Of a stretch of 64,000 nt of DNA, positions 11,914 to 22,582 are shown piece after piece. Within the stretch, counting starts at the first letter, position 1; each line of letters starts with the position of its first letter. Origin of the DNA: Hemiscyllium ocellatum (Eukaryota); contig NW_026867451.1 of NCBI RefSeq assembly GCF_020745735.1, forward strand, positions 310,001 to 374,000. Direction: 5' to 3'. The notes under the pieces were generated by a model that made no database searches, had not been told where the DNA came from, and saw only the letters and a program-made list of their open reading frames with translations. Both the position numbers and the translations under genes were made by a program.

Positions 11914-12216
11914 ATGACAGACTGTAAACTGTAAAATGCAAATAATTTCTTCACTTCCTAGAAAGCAGTGATTCAGACTCCTTTAAAAATGATTTGGTGC
12001 ATTATTTCAGCTTTTACTATTCATTGTATTTTGAAAGCTTGGAATACTTTTCCAGGTTTGGTCTGCATTTAACTTGACAATCAACACGAAGAAGGTAGAA
12101 AATAATTCTACATTTGTACAAACTAGCCCGACTGGATTGTGTTTAAATTGCATCTCACATTATTTCTCGCTCCTGCCACGGTAGAAATCACCAATTTGAG
12201 ATAAATCCTTGTCAGT

Positions 12217-12296
12217 GGTTATTGTATGAGGATGTCGCTGCGCACAGCACTGTGACCCACTGTAGTATCACAATGATGTAGACCAGTACACTCATT
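12217..12296 (-). other. D1 gene segment (coding 12255-12268, ATACTACAGTGGGT) with 12-RSS on the V side and 22-RSS on the J side
   Basis: J side: CACAGTG (12248-12254, minus), 22 nt, ACAATAACC (12217-12225, minus). V side: CACAATG 12269-12275, 12 nt, weak nonamer ACACTCATT 12288-12296. The YYSG frame is typical of shark D1. Confidence 0.92.
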
Positions 12297-12644
12297 CTCT
12301 GTTCTTTACTCTAGGCCTCAATTTTCATTTGAAAGAGCCATTTAGTACTGATCAAGTTTAGAATGAATGCCATAGTTGACATAACAATTAGCAGTGATTT
12401 CCTGAGCTGTCAGATATATTTTGTCCCAGCATTTAATTGATGGAAGTGTTAGCAGTACATATGACATGCCTAAAACATTGTCCCATTGTGTCACCAGTTT
12501 CCTAGTTTAAATGGTACATTTCCTCTTTGATAGCTTTGTAAGAGGCAGCCTGAGGTCTGCTTCAGATCGCAGTTGGTATAATTGCATTTAAAACTCAAAC
12601 TGACCATCAGTTTATGATGGAATTGACAAAATGTTCCCCCGAGC

Positions 12645-12683
12645 TGTTTTTGAACGGGTCCAGCCCTGGTTCCTCTCGCTGTG
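12645..12683 (-). other. VH recombination signal sequence (23-RSS)
   Basis: Heptamer CACAGCG 12677-12683 directly after TGT GCA AGA GAC, 23-nt spacer, nonamer TCAAAAACA 12645-12653. Confidence 0.92.
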
Positions 12684-12988
12684 GTCTCTTGCACAGTAAT
12701 AGATGGCGGTGTCTTCAATCTTCAGGTTAGTCATTTTCAACGAGAAAATGTTGTTTGAATTGTCTTTGGACGCAGTAAATCGACCCTGAATCGCTGGTGC
12801 ATAGTTATTGCTGGATGAACTATAGTAGTTCAGCAGCCACTCCAGACCCTGGCCGGGAACCTGGCGGACCCAGTACATGGTATAGCTGCTGAGATCGAAC
12901 CCGCTGGTTTTACAGGTCAGTGTCAGGCTGCTTCCGGGATGGCCAGTCTCTGCCTCTGGCTGGGTCAAAACAACCTCCGACTGGACAC
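12684..12988 (-). CDS. IGHV: VH exon (IgM-class shark VH)
   Basis: Acceptor ttttttaaag|GT. Encodes [101 protein letters not shown] with canonical Cys, Trp and YYC and no stops. Confidence 0.98.
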
Positions 12989-13093
12989 CTTTAAAAAAGA
13001 CAAGAAATAAACCATGAGCATTACTTTTACATTCCTGAGGTAGACTAACATTGAGACAGCAACAAAGACAGACTTAAACAAAAAAACACTCAC

Positions 13094-13142
13094 ATGATAA
13101 GAAAGTCAGTAATAAACTGAGAAAAATTGTCGACACAATCAT
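13094..13142 (-). CDS. IGHV: VH leader (signal peptide) exon
   Basis: ATG at 13142 encodes MIVSTIFLSLLLTFLS + T|gtgagt. Splicing across the 105-bp intron gives [26 protein letters not shown] in frame. Confidence 0.93.
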
Positions 13143-13228
13143 TCTGATAACTTCTGGGAAGCGGTTCTGTCAAGATCTTTCTAAACAAAGCCGATCCCGG
13201 AGTGTTGAATTACGGTCCAGTGCCTAGG

Positions 13229-13314
13229 ATTTATATGGCCATCGGAAAGGGCAGGCTCACAGCTTCCGCCTGTTGGTTTCCTGCTGGAGGCTGAGACTGG
13301 ATCCTGGTCTCAGC
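13229..13314 (-). promoter_or_regulatory. Candidate VH promoter: TATA box, ETS-like cores and an 8-bp dyad
   Basis: ATATAAAT (minus) at 13229-13236, ~87 bp upstream of the ATG. GGAA cores near 13263-13267 and 13278-13282. GCTGAGAC-9nt-GTCTCAGC at 13290-13314. Position and motifs only. Confidence 0.45.
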
Positions 13315-13511
13315 TTGCACAGCCCCAACACATGGGCTCATGTATTTACCAGGTTACGCTTAAACATGGATATATACACATCTTGGGATATTTATTTTGC
13401 TGAATAGCTTCTTTGGGAGTGTTTTTTTTAATGGTGGAAGTAAAATTGAGTACCTTCAGGTCTGTTTCACATGATAGTTGCAAGTATTTTGTTTTAAAAT
13501 AAATCCATTCG

Positions 13512-13957
13512 GAAGTTACCTCCCTTTATTTCTACATTCATTCACAAACAGATAAAACTAAAATCAAAGTTCAAACATATTACTAGCTAGTAAAACAATT
13601 GAGTTTTATTTCCCCAGGACACTGCCAGTCTCAGTCCCACTACAAAATAACATGTAATTCATACTAAACATTTCAAAATTCAATTTAGGCAACTGAATAC
13701 AGAGCGTGTCCAAAGTGATTATATTCAGAATATTCAATTAGAAGTTAACTCCCTTTAATTCTACATTCCACCACAAGCAGATAAAGCTAAAAAGAACTTC
13801 AATCATATTATTAACCAACAAAATGAGTGACTTTATTTTTGCTGTCACTCAACGTCTCTCTCACTTTACAAAATAACATCCCATTTCTAATCTGCGTTTC
13901 TAAATTCCATTTAGGCAACCTAATATGGAGCAGGACTAAAGTGATTATGTTCAGAAT
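13512..13957. repeat. ~229-bp diverged tandem duplication upstream of the VH promoter
   Basis: gaagtta(c/a)ctcccttta.ttctacatt...caaaataacat...atttaggcaac...aaagtgattat.ttcagaat occurs at 13512-13731 and 13741-13957. Confidence 0.8.
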
Positions 13958-15103
13958 GTGAGTGGATATCACTAAACAGTTTGGACCCGGAGATTAGAAG
14001 CACCTCCTTACATTGCAGAATGTCTCTCCTTGCATCTTTTTTTCAAATTTTTTAAAATGCATAGTAAAGGAAAGCTGTGTGCCTGAGAAACAAAAAGTGA
14101 GTTGGCAGTGATACATAACACCTAGGTAAACTTTTGAAAGAGCATCTAATGAACTAGAACAGGACAGTCCATACGTTTCTTTTAATAAAATCCTCAACAT
14201 CTAAACCATTGCAGGTAACTGTCTGGGTACATCAGGAGTGTTTGGTTAAATTAGAGAGTATTACAATAATCATTACCGCGAATGTAGGTTATAAACAGTA
14301 CATTTCTCTGCTCACTGATAGCTCTGACAGGGGCAGTTAACTCATAAAAATAAGCAGAAATTCGCTGTTACACGACACCAGTGTTAACCATGTATAAAGG
14401 GCCCACTCAGTTTTAATGAGATAAATGAATCAGAGAATGGTGTACCAAGTGATGTGAGTTTGAACCAATTCAAGTTTGTTAATTTACTTTGAGATGATAA
14501 CAAATGTTACTGCAATGTGGGATTTTGGATCCATTAACTTCATATTCAGGAGCTTTAAAGATACTCAATAAACAGGCTGAAGTAACCAGAATGTCATTGC
14601 ATTCAATGTCCTGTTTCTGATAGTCATACAGTGAATGCTGTATTCAGTGACTTTCCTTTTTAAAGAAGAAATGCCAAGTGAAATGGGAGTAAATGGGAAA
14701 ATATAGTTTGTTTGGTAGGATTTTACTTTAGTTGATTCATTTTCCCTTTAATCGACCAGATACAATAGTTGGCAGCAATTAAGCTGACTGCAGAAAAGGT
14801 CCTTGAGTTCCCAGGTTCATTTACTGGAAGCAGGTGGAGTTTCTGCAGGGGATCAAAGATATTTTGTCTCACTGTTGACCAGTTGGTGGAAAGCAAACTG
14901 CAGACCATAACCACTGCCTCTGCAGGAACACATCTACTCAGCAACAATACTGGAGAAAAGTTTATTTTTCAGTTGTGAAACTTGGAGAACTAGTCACTCC
15001 TCTCATTGAAGGAAATATTCGCAGAGTCTCAGACACAACCTAAACATCAACAGTTCATTCGAGGATCACTACAGCACTGTTTAATATTGAGAAAAATTGA
15101 TAA

Positions 15104-15410
15104 ATAGTCATAGAGTCATGGAGTGATACAGCATGGAAACAGACACTTCAGTCCAACCAGTCCATGCCAGTCATAATCCCAAACTAAACTAATCCCACCT
15201 GTGTGTACTTGGCCCATATCCTTCCAAACATTTGATATTCATTTACTTATCCAAATGTCTTCTATAGGTTGTAAGTATCCACCACCAGATCATCCCACAC
15301 ACAAACCATTCTCTGTATAAAAAGCTGCCTCTGATATCGTTTTAAAAATTTTTCTCCTCTCATTGTAAAACATGTTCCCTATTGTTGAAATCCCCCACCA
15401 TAGGGAAAAT
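15104..15410 (-). mobile_element. CR1-type LINE 3' end
   Basis: gtcatagagtcatggag...catggaaacagac tail plus CR1 3' sequence. Confidence 0.7.
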
Positions 15411-15414
15411 ACAA

Positions 15415-18206
15415 CAATGTCTGGGTCAAAAATTGAAAACAATCCCAGCTCCAAACATTTACAAAATATTACTATGGATCTTCCTTGAGTCCAAAAAAGA
15501 TTGTCCCCTTTGATCAATGATTTGTAAAATTTATTCGCGTATCTAATGTGATGGACGTTTTCAAATAACTTCTGAAATGCAAGTGGTTCACATCAATCGT
15601 ATTAAAGTGACATTTCGTGTGTTACCCCACACACAAAAAAAACAAGTTTGTTGACATGAGTTGCTCTGAGGAAGTCTACGATGAATTCTTTTATCAAACA
15701 AATTCATTTCCAGTGTTGTGAGGGCTCGTCTATCTTCTGTGCAATGGTCTGAATTTTGAAGTTGTGTCTGACTGCAGATGAAACTGGCTGCTCTGGGTAA
15801 AAGTACAGTTGGCGCCTTTCACATTGTTAATGTATATTGCTGACTTTAGTTGAATAAAGGGATGTTGCCCCAGGCATCGTCTGGCACCATTAATTACACC
15901 ATTAATTTCCACATCGCTCGCCAGAGGATCAGGTGGAGTTTATTGATATGTGATATTTTTGAAACGAAAGCTTCGTACATTTCCAGGATGAATCATGTAA
16001 ATTAGAGCCATTCACCTTTCCACTCATGGCTTTATAAACTTATATGAGGTCACCCCCCCCGAACTCTCACCCTCCAGTGAAACAAGTTCCAGTCTATCTG
16101 GATTTCCAACGGTAACTTTGTTCCCTCACATTCTGCTGTTAAAGATCCTCCTGCCACCCCAGGCCCACAGAGAGTGTCCCTTGATACTAGTTCAAAGAAA
16201 TGAAAGGAACTTGTCCCAGCATATTGTTCAATTTTATTTGGTTTCAAACACCATAAAAAATAAATGTTCATGTCATTGCTGATTTATGGGAGAATTCCGT
16301 TTACACAGTATCTGCTGAAATACCTGCAGTACCATCCTGAATCTGGTTCGCAGGTTCACCTGTTGCTCACAAATGCAACCAGACATCAGGGAGCAGTGTG
16401 TGGGATATAGGTAAAGTAGTGTTACTTCTGCTTTTATAATTACTTATACAAAGTAAATGAACTCACACCAGTGTGTAATTGTTTCAGCCAAGAGCTGAGT
16501 CAACAAGAATGGAAACTATGTAGAGGAAATACATAATTGTTTTTGTATTCACTAAAATTGTATGCAAGAATGAAATGTGATTGCAAAACAATGGTAGATA
16601 TTACAGACGAATAGATAAGATGCTGTGAGGGGAGGGAGTTAAGCTAGATATGCCTGTACAAACAGTAGGTATAAACATTTGTTTCCCACTTTTACTGAAA
16701 CACAGGAACAAACCCCAATTAAAAGGTTCATAAGGATCAGTATGGTAGGGGAAGGCACAGATGGAGGGAATAGATAATAGTGAAGAAAGGATATGCCTAA
16801 CAATGGGCCACAGCGGGATGAGGTCAAACAGCCTTGTGAGGCCAGAAATAAGCATTTGTCACAGACAAGGAGGGCGCCGGTCTTAGGGAAGTGGAAGATG
16901 TAAACAGGGGAGGAGCAATGAAATAAAAAAATAGAAACCAAATTACATAAATATCGTGTATTAGTTGAATTCAGTGTGTGTGTCCCTGCCTTGTGGACAG
17001 TGGACATCACACCGTCTTGCAAGAGTAAAGTAAAGGGCACCACTGATTCAGATTTTGTCTCGGACTGAAATTATTGAAGTGTGTGAGCTTTGTTTCTCAC
17101 AAGTGAACATCGTCCACACCCAGCCCTCCCCCCTTCCCTTCTGTACGTTTCACTTTGTGAAATCCGTGTTGTCAATAATCAGTTAAAAGAAAGATTTTTA
17201 AAAACTTTCTTAATTCATCTTGCTGATCTTGACTGAGTAAAGGTATGTTGTTGTCAGCGTTTCTGGGGAACATGTCTGCATTTTTTTCATGTCAGTTTAC
17301 AATGATATTAAGTCAAGAATTGTCAAAACGTCCTGAGAAACAACGTTTAGAAATGGGAGTTCTGCCCCTACTTTTTTCCCCATAAGCCAGGATTTACAGC
17401 ATTGGAGATCATATCTATGTTGATAATGGATTAGACCCTACACAATGTTCCCGAATGTTTACTTCAAGTGCTATCACCTGCAGGGTTATGGACAACATGC
17501 TATAAAGTGGGTGTTGGCTGGAAGGTTCTGTTTTCACATGATACAGGTGTGATGGGCGAAGTGATCTCTCTCTGTCGTGAAAACTTCATCTTTCCTCAAT
17601 TCATCTTTCCTACTTTGTCTCGTTCAGAGGCTCTAATTCACATGATTCATACCGGAAATATTCCAAGCCTTCGGTTCAATGATATTAATAAACTCCACCT
17701 GACTCTCCGGCTAGCAATGTGGAAATTAATGGTCTAATTAATGGTGCCAGACGATGCCTGGGACAACATCACTTTATTCAACTAAAGTCAGCAATACACA
17801 TTAACAATGTGAAAGGCACAAACTGTACTTTTACCCAGAGCAGCCAGTTACATCTGCATTCAGATACAAAATTCAGACCATTGCACAGAAGATAGACGAG
17901 CCCTCACAACATTGGAAATGATTTTGTTTGATAAAACAGTCCATCCTAGACTTGCTTAGAACAACTCGTGATAACAAAATTGCTTGTTTTTTTTGTGTGG
18001 GGTAACACATGAAATGTTACTGTATTCCGACTGAAGTGAACCATTTGCACTTCAGTTATTTGAAAACGTCCTTCAAAAAAAGATATGGGAACAAATTTTA
18101 GAAATCATTGATCAAAGGGATTTTTTTTGGACTCAAGGAAGATCCATAGTGATATTGTGTAAATGTTTGGAGCTGTGATTGCTTCAAATTTTTAACTAAG
18201 ACATTG
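15415..18206. repeat. Long inverted repeat: arms ~15415-16010 and ~17628-18206, ~1.6 kb unique spacer
   Basis: For example agggctcgtctatcttctgtgcaatggtctgaattttg (15721-) is the exact reverse complement of caaaattcagaccattgcacagaagatagacgagccct (~17867-17904). Colinearity holds along the whole arm. Confidence 0.92.
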
Positions 18207-18749
18207 GCATACAGTGGACAACATCACAATTTGCTGTAACATGAAACTCGCAACCACTGTGAACCATCGCCTGATGGTTCAGAATTTAACAAGGACCTCG
18301 CAAGGTTCGTGGAATGGACCGACGAGTGATACATGAAAATTAACAAAGGCATTTCTGAAATGATTAATTTAGCTAGGAAGAATGTAGAGGCTTCACATCT
18401 CTGTTTGCATTTCAATATACTATAAATTACTTTTCTATTATATCCTAAAATACTCGAGTCTTTGTTCATATTTAATACACTCTATCTTGTTCCGGGGTTA
18501 AGATAGTTTCTTTATTTATTTCACTCAAGACTGGATGCTGTACTTTTGCCTCAGTATTGACCAACCTCGGTTTGGTGCCAGCTTATATCACTTGAGCTGC
18601 TTTTTCAGGAAGTGAATCTCTCCACCTGTTAAGTCAAAATAATCTGTTCATGCTTAGATTGAAATAAATCCTATTAATATCATCCCAAATTCAGACTCGT
18701 TATTTTGTATTTATTCATTGGAATTGAACAGGAATATGACCGGCTGTTC

Positions 18750-19780
18750 TTGGTGGAGTGGGAGGGGGAGTTAAAGTGTTCAGCCACAGGGCCGTGGGGT
18801 TGGTTGGCACGGGTGTCCCAGAGATGTTCTCTTAAATGATCTGCAAGTTAGTGTCCTGTCTCCCTGATGCAGAGGAGACCACATCGGGTGGAACAGACAC
18901 AGTGGATGACACTTGTGGAAGTATAGATAAGTTTCTGTGGGATGTGGAAGGATCATTTGGGGCCTTGTCGGAGGTGAGGGGGGAGGTGTGGGCGCAGGTT
19001 TTGCACTTCCTGTGGTGACAGGGGAAGGTGACAGGGGTGGGGAGTGGGCTGGTGGGGGGCATGGACCTGACGAGGGAGTCGTGGAGGGAATGGTGTCTCC
19101 GGAATGCCGATAGGTGTAGGGAGGGAAATATACCCCGAGTGATGGGGTCTGTTTACAGTGGTGGAAGCAGCAGAGGATGATATGATGTATGTAAGGTTGG
19201 TGCGGTGGAAGATGAGGACCAGGAGGGCTCCCTGTTGCGATTGGAGGGATGGGGTTCAAGGGCATCATCGACCACGTGGGATGGGAAATTGCATTCTTTG
19301 ATAAAGGATCTGGGATGTTTTATGGTGGAACTGGTCCTCCTGGGAGCAGATGCGGTGGAGGCAGAGGAATTGAGAATAAAGGATGGCATTTTTACCTGAG
19401 GTCGGGTGGGAGGAGGTGTAGTCCAGGTAGCTGTGGGAGTCAGTGGGCTTGTAGTAAATGTTTAGTTGGTCACTGGAGATAGAGATGGAGAGGTCTAGGA
19501 AAGGGAGGGAGGTGTCCGAGATGGTCCCTGTAAAGTTTAGGTCAGGGTGGAAGGTTTTAGTAAAGTTAATGAACTGTTCAACCTCCTAGTGGTTGCATGA
19601 GGTGGCATTGATACAGTCATCAATGTAGCGGTGGTAAAGGTGGGCAATGATACCGGTGTAGCTGTGGAAGATTGACTGTTCCACATATCTGACGAAGAGG
19701 CAGGCATAGCTGGGGTCCATGGCTACCCCTTTGGTTTGGAGGAAGTGGGAGGATTGAAAGGAAATGTAGTTGAGGTTGAG
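18750..19780 (-). mobile_element. Penelope-like element fragment (RT C-terminus to GIY-YIG), degenerate
   Basis: Remnants QTKGVAM..SYACLF..YVEQSIF...YIDDCI. Colinear with the 36984-39431 copy. Confidence 0.85.
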
Positions 19781-21079
19781 CATGTACTGCTTGGGTTGGC
19801 GTGACAGGAAGAAACGGAGGGCTTCGAGGCCTCCATCATGGCGTTTGGATGTGTACAGGGCCTGGACATTCTGTTCATTCTGGGGCTTATCAATAGCTTG
19901 CAGTTATTATGGAACTGCAAGGGCAGTGGCTGGGAACTCAGAGAAACCAATGGTTCAGTCTTCTGCTTGAAGCAAATTTTGACCAGAACATTTAAACACC
20001 ACAACGCTCACTGTAGGAAATGCCAGTGCTGCAACTTGTAATAATATTTGAAACTTGGTTAAAAATAGGAATTTTTAGTTATAGTTTCTGAAATAATCAA
20101 GACAAGAATTAACTGTTAGAACAAGCTCTATCAAAGAGAGAAGATTTGCAAGGTTTGAAACCACACAGTGCGGTGGTTTATTTGAATTCAATGTTGGTCA
20201 GATTTAGATACAGCCAATATGATCTCTCCATATATTGATTCTGTTAATCGGACACACCAACATACCTGTCTGTACTAAACTGTATTATTTGTTTAGTTGA
20301 TCAAAATTTAGGAAATAGATCAAACAGAATGTATTTGGGTGGGAAGGTGATGGATACAGAAGACAGAATCAAAAGCTGGGAACATTAAATCTGAAGAGAG
20401 AGTAACAAGTAGTACAAGATCAAAGACATGGAAAGGTGCATGTCAATGTGTTCCAGACGTTAGTGAATCGAATGAGCTTGTTAGATCGTCGAGAGACTCG
20501 TCCAACGACGTCCTGGAATCAGACCGTGAAATAGAGATCGAAAGGTCGATTTGCAAATGTCACTTCAATGTGATCACTTCACACTCTGTGTCCTGATCTA
20601 GGCCACATTGGCAGATGTTTCTGCCAGATTGTATCCCCTGGGTTTATTTTCTGATCAGAAGTGAGATGTGTGGCTTGCTGCTGGCACATAGAAACAGGAA
20701 GTTGCGCACCAGCTGAGAATGATACATCAGGCGCTACTTTCCGTATTATCAGCACAAACAGTCTTCCTACCTCTGAGGGTGAACACACACTGACAGTGTC
20801 AAGAATAAACGGACAGTTTGCTGTTGGTCTCAACATTGTATTCAATTCCATTCCCATTTTCCAGAATGAAGCAGAAGAGACACAAGATTATTTCAGCTCG
20901 AGTAAATTATCTGTCAGAGAGATAAGAAGAGATATCATCGGGTGAAAGGAGCGAAATGACAATATGTAGTTTCGCTCATAAACCTATGTTTAAAAGTAGA
21001 AAGCTTGAGGGAAGGTAATAAATAAATCTAAGAGACAGCATTCATTAAAAGTTGGAATTGTAACATTTAAGCAATAAAA

Positions 21080-21660
21080 TTCAGCAGGGCTTTGGTGGAA
21101 GTGAGATCATATCGGAAGTGGTTGATTCTGTTTTCCGCAGAGGCAATGAGATGTGCCATCGGGTGTAAAAAGTGGATGTAATGCTTCTTGACTTCAATCA
21201 GGTTTTTGACCAGGTCTTGCATCTTCAATATACTAAGGGTTCATGGGATCTGGTGCAGTTTGGCAAATGCATCGAAGGTTTATTTGTTGGCAGAAGGTAA
21301 TGGTCGAAGGTAGACATTGTGAAGACATCTTGTGTCCAGTGGCTTACTATACGACTTGGTGCTGGATCCTTTGCTGTTTGCAGCGTATATGAACGATCTA
21401 GTCAAGAATGTAGCAATTTTGATCAGTAAGTTCAAAGATGAGGTGAAAAACGTTTGGTTTTGCAATTAATGAGGAGGAAAGCTAGTGTGACATCGATGAC
21501 CTTGCCTGTTGGAGAGAAGAATTGAAAACAGAACATTATATCCTAAAGTCTGTGAAGTAAAGCATTTTCAAGACTAACAAATGAAGTGAATATACGATGC
21601 ATTGTTGGAATCTACAAATACAAAGGATAAGCGATCTTCTGTTGTGCATATCCACATCAT
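21080..21660 (+). mobile_element. CR1-type RT fragment (heavily degenerate)
   Basis: DV..LDF..AFD.V and QG.VLG.LLF..Y.ND-like remnants. Confidence 0.55.
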
Positions 21661-22325
21661 GGAGTGTGGGTTGGAGTTATAGTCTGGAGATATTGTGGCT
21701 AGACCATTACTTTAGGAAACTGGGGTCTGAGCCTGCAGTGCTGCCACATCAAGTCATGAACTAAAGTTGATAATTAAACAACTCATTGAAGGAATAAGCT
21801 CCACAGATATCCCCTTGCTCTGCTTTGGAGAGCACAACACATCAGCGCAAAAGTTAAGGTTGAAGCATTCACAGCAATCGTCAGCCAGAAGTGCCAATTG
21901 TCTGATCCATCTCGGCATCTTCTATAGATCACCAATATCACAGATACCTGTCTTCAGGGAATTCGCTTCTCTCCATGTGAAATCAAGGCACTGTTGGGCG
22001 GGGGGCACTGGTTACTGCAAATGCTATGGAGCCTGACAAAATTCTGGCAATAATACTGCTGACTTGTGCTAGCCAAGCACTCCCAGTACAGCTACAATAC
22101 TGGCATGGACAATGTGGAAAATAGGCCAGGCATGTCCTGTGCACAGAAAATAGGTCAAACCACCCTGGCGAATTACTGCTCCATCAGTCCATGCTCAATC
22201 ATGAGTTAGGTGTAGGAAGGTGCTTTCAACAGTGCTATCAAGCAGCACTAGCTCAGTAATACCTGCTCAGTGACATAAAATGTGGGTTGCGCAAGGCCTA
22301 CTCAGCTCATGACTGAATTACAGAC

Positions 22326-22582
22326 TTGATTTAAACATGGCTTAAAAATGTGTTGCTGGAAAAGCGCAGCAGGTCAAGCAGCATCGAAGGAGCAGGAGAA
22401 TCGACGTTTTGGGCATAAGCCCTTCTGAAGCCTGATTCCTGAAGAAGGGCTTATGCCCGAAACGTTGATTCTCCTGCTCCTTTGATGCTGCCTGACCTGC
22501 TGCGCTTTTCCAGCAACACATTTTTAAGCTCTGATCTCCAGCATCTGCGGTCCTCACTTTCTCCTAGTTGATTTAAACATGG
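22326..22582. mobile_element. Palindromic PLE-terminus-derived element (family A) with exact 15-bp TSD and hammerhead motif
   Basis: TSD TTGATTTAAACATGG at 22326-22340 and 22568-22582. CTGAAGA-A-GGGC-TTAT-GCCC-GAAA-CGTT at 22439-22466. Confidence 0.85.

Larger units (their letters stand above)
625..13142 (-). other. IGHM: Shark IgM-type heavy-chain cluster, germline (unrearranged) L-V-D1-D2-J-CH1; continues off the left edge
   Basis: Leader, V, two D, J and CH1 are all in the same orientation with GT-AG splice sites, compatible phases and 12/23-compatible RSSs. Gaps between coding ends are 415, 369 and 394 bp, typical of elasmobranch cluster-type IgH loci. Confidence 0.95.

Noticed and set aside
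12612-12683. C-terminal extension [23 protein letters not shown] of the VH ORF, and its listed start at 12968
   Set aside because: The extension is read-through into the RSS and spacer. The listed start is a TTG (Leu) codon inside FR1; the true start is in the leader exon.
16090-16140. J-like GNKVTV peptide in the spacer of the inverted repeat
   Set aside because: Preceded by a stop, with no FG/WG motif, RSS or splice donor.
20164-20170. Isolated CACAGTG heptamer
   Set aside because: No nonamer at 12- or 23-nt spacing and no adjacent coding segment.
20690-20830. Chemokine-like peptide CQCVFTLRGRKTVCAD on the minus strand
   Set aside because: Flanked by in-frame stops, with no exon structure or N-terminal CC/CXC exon found.
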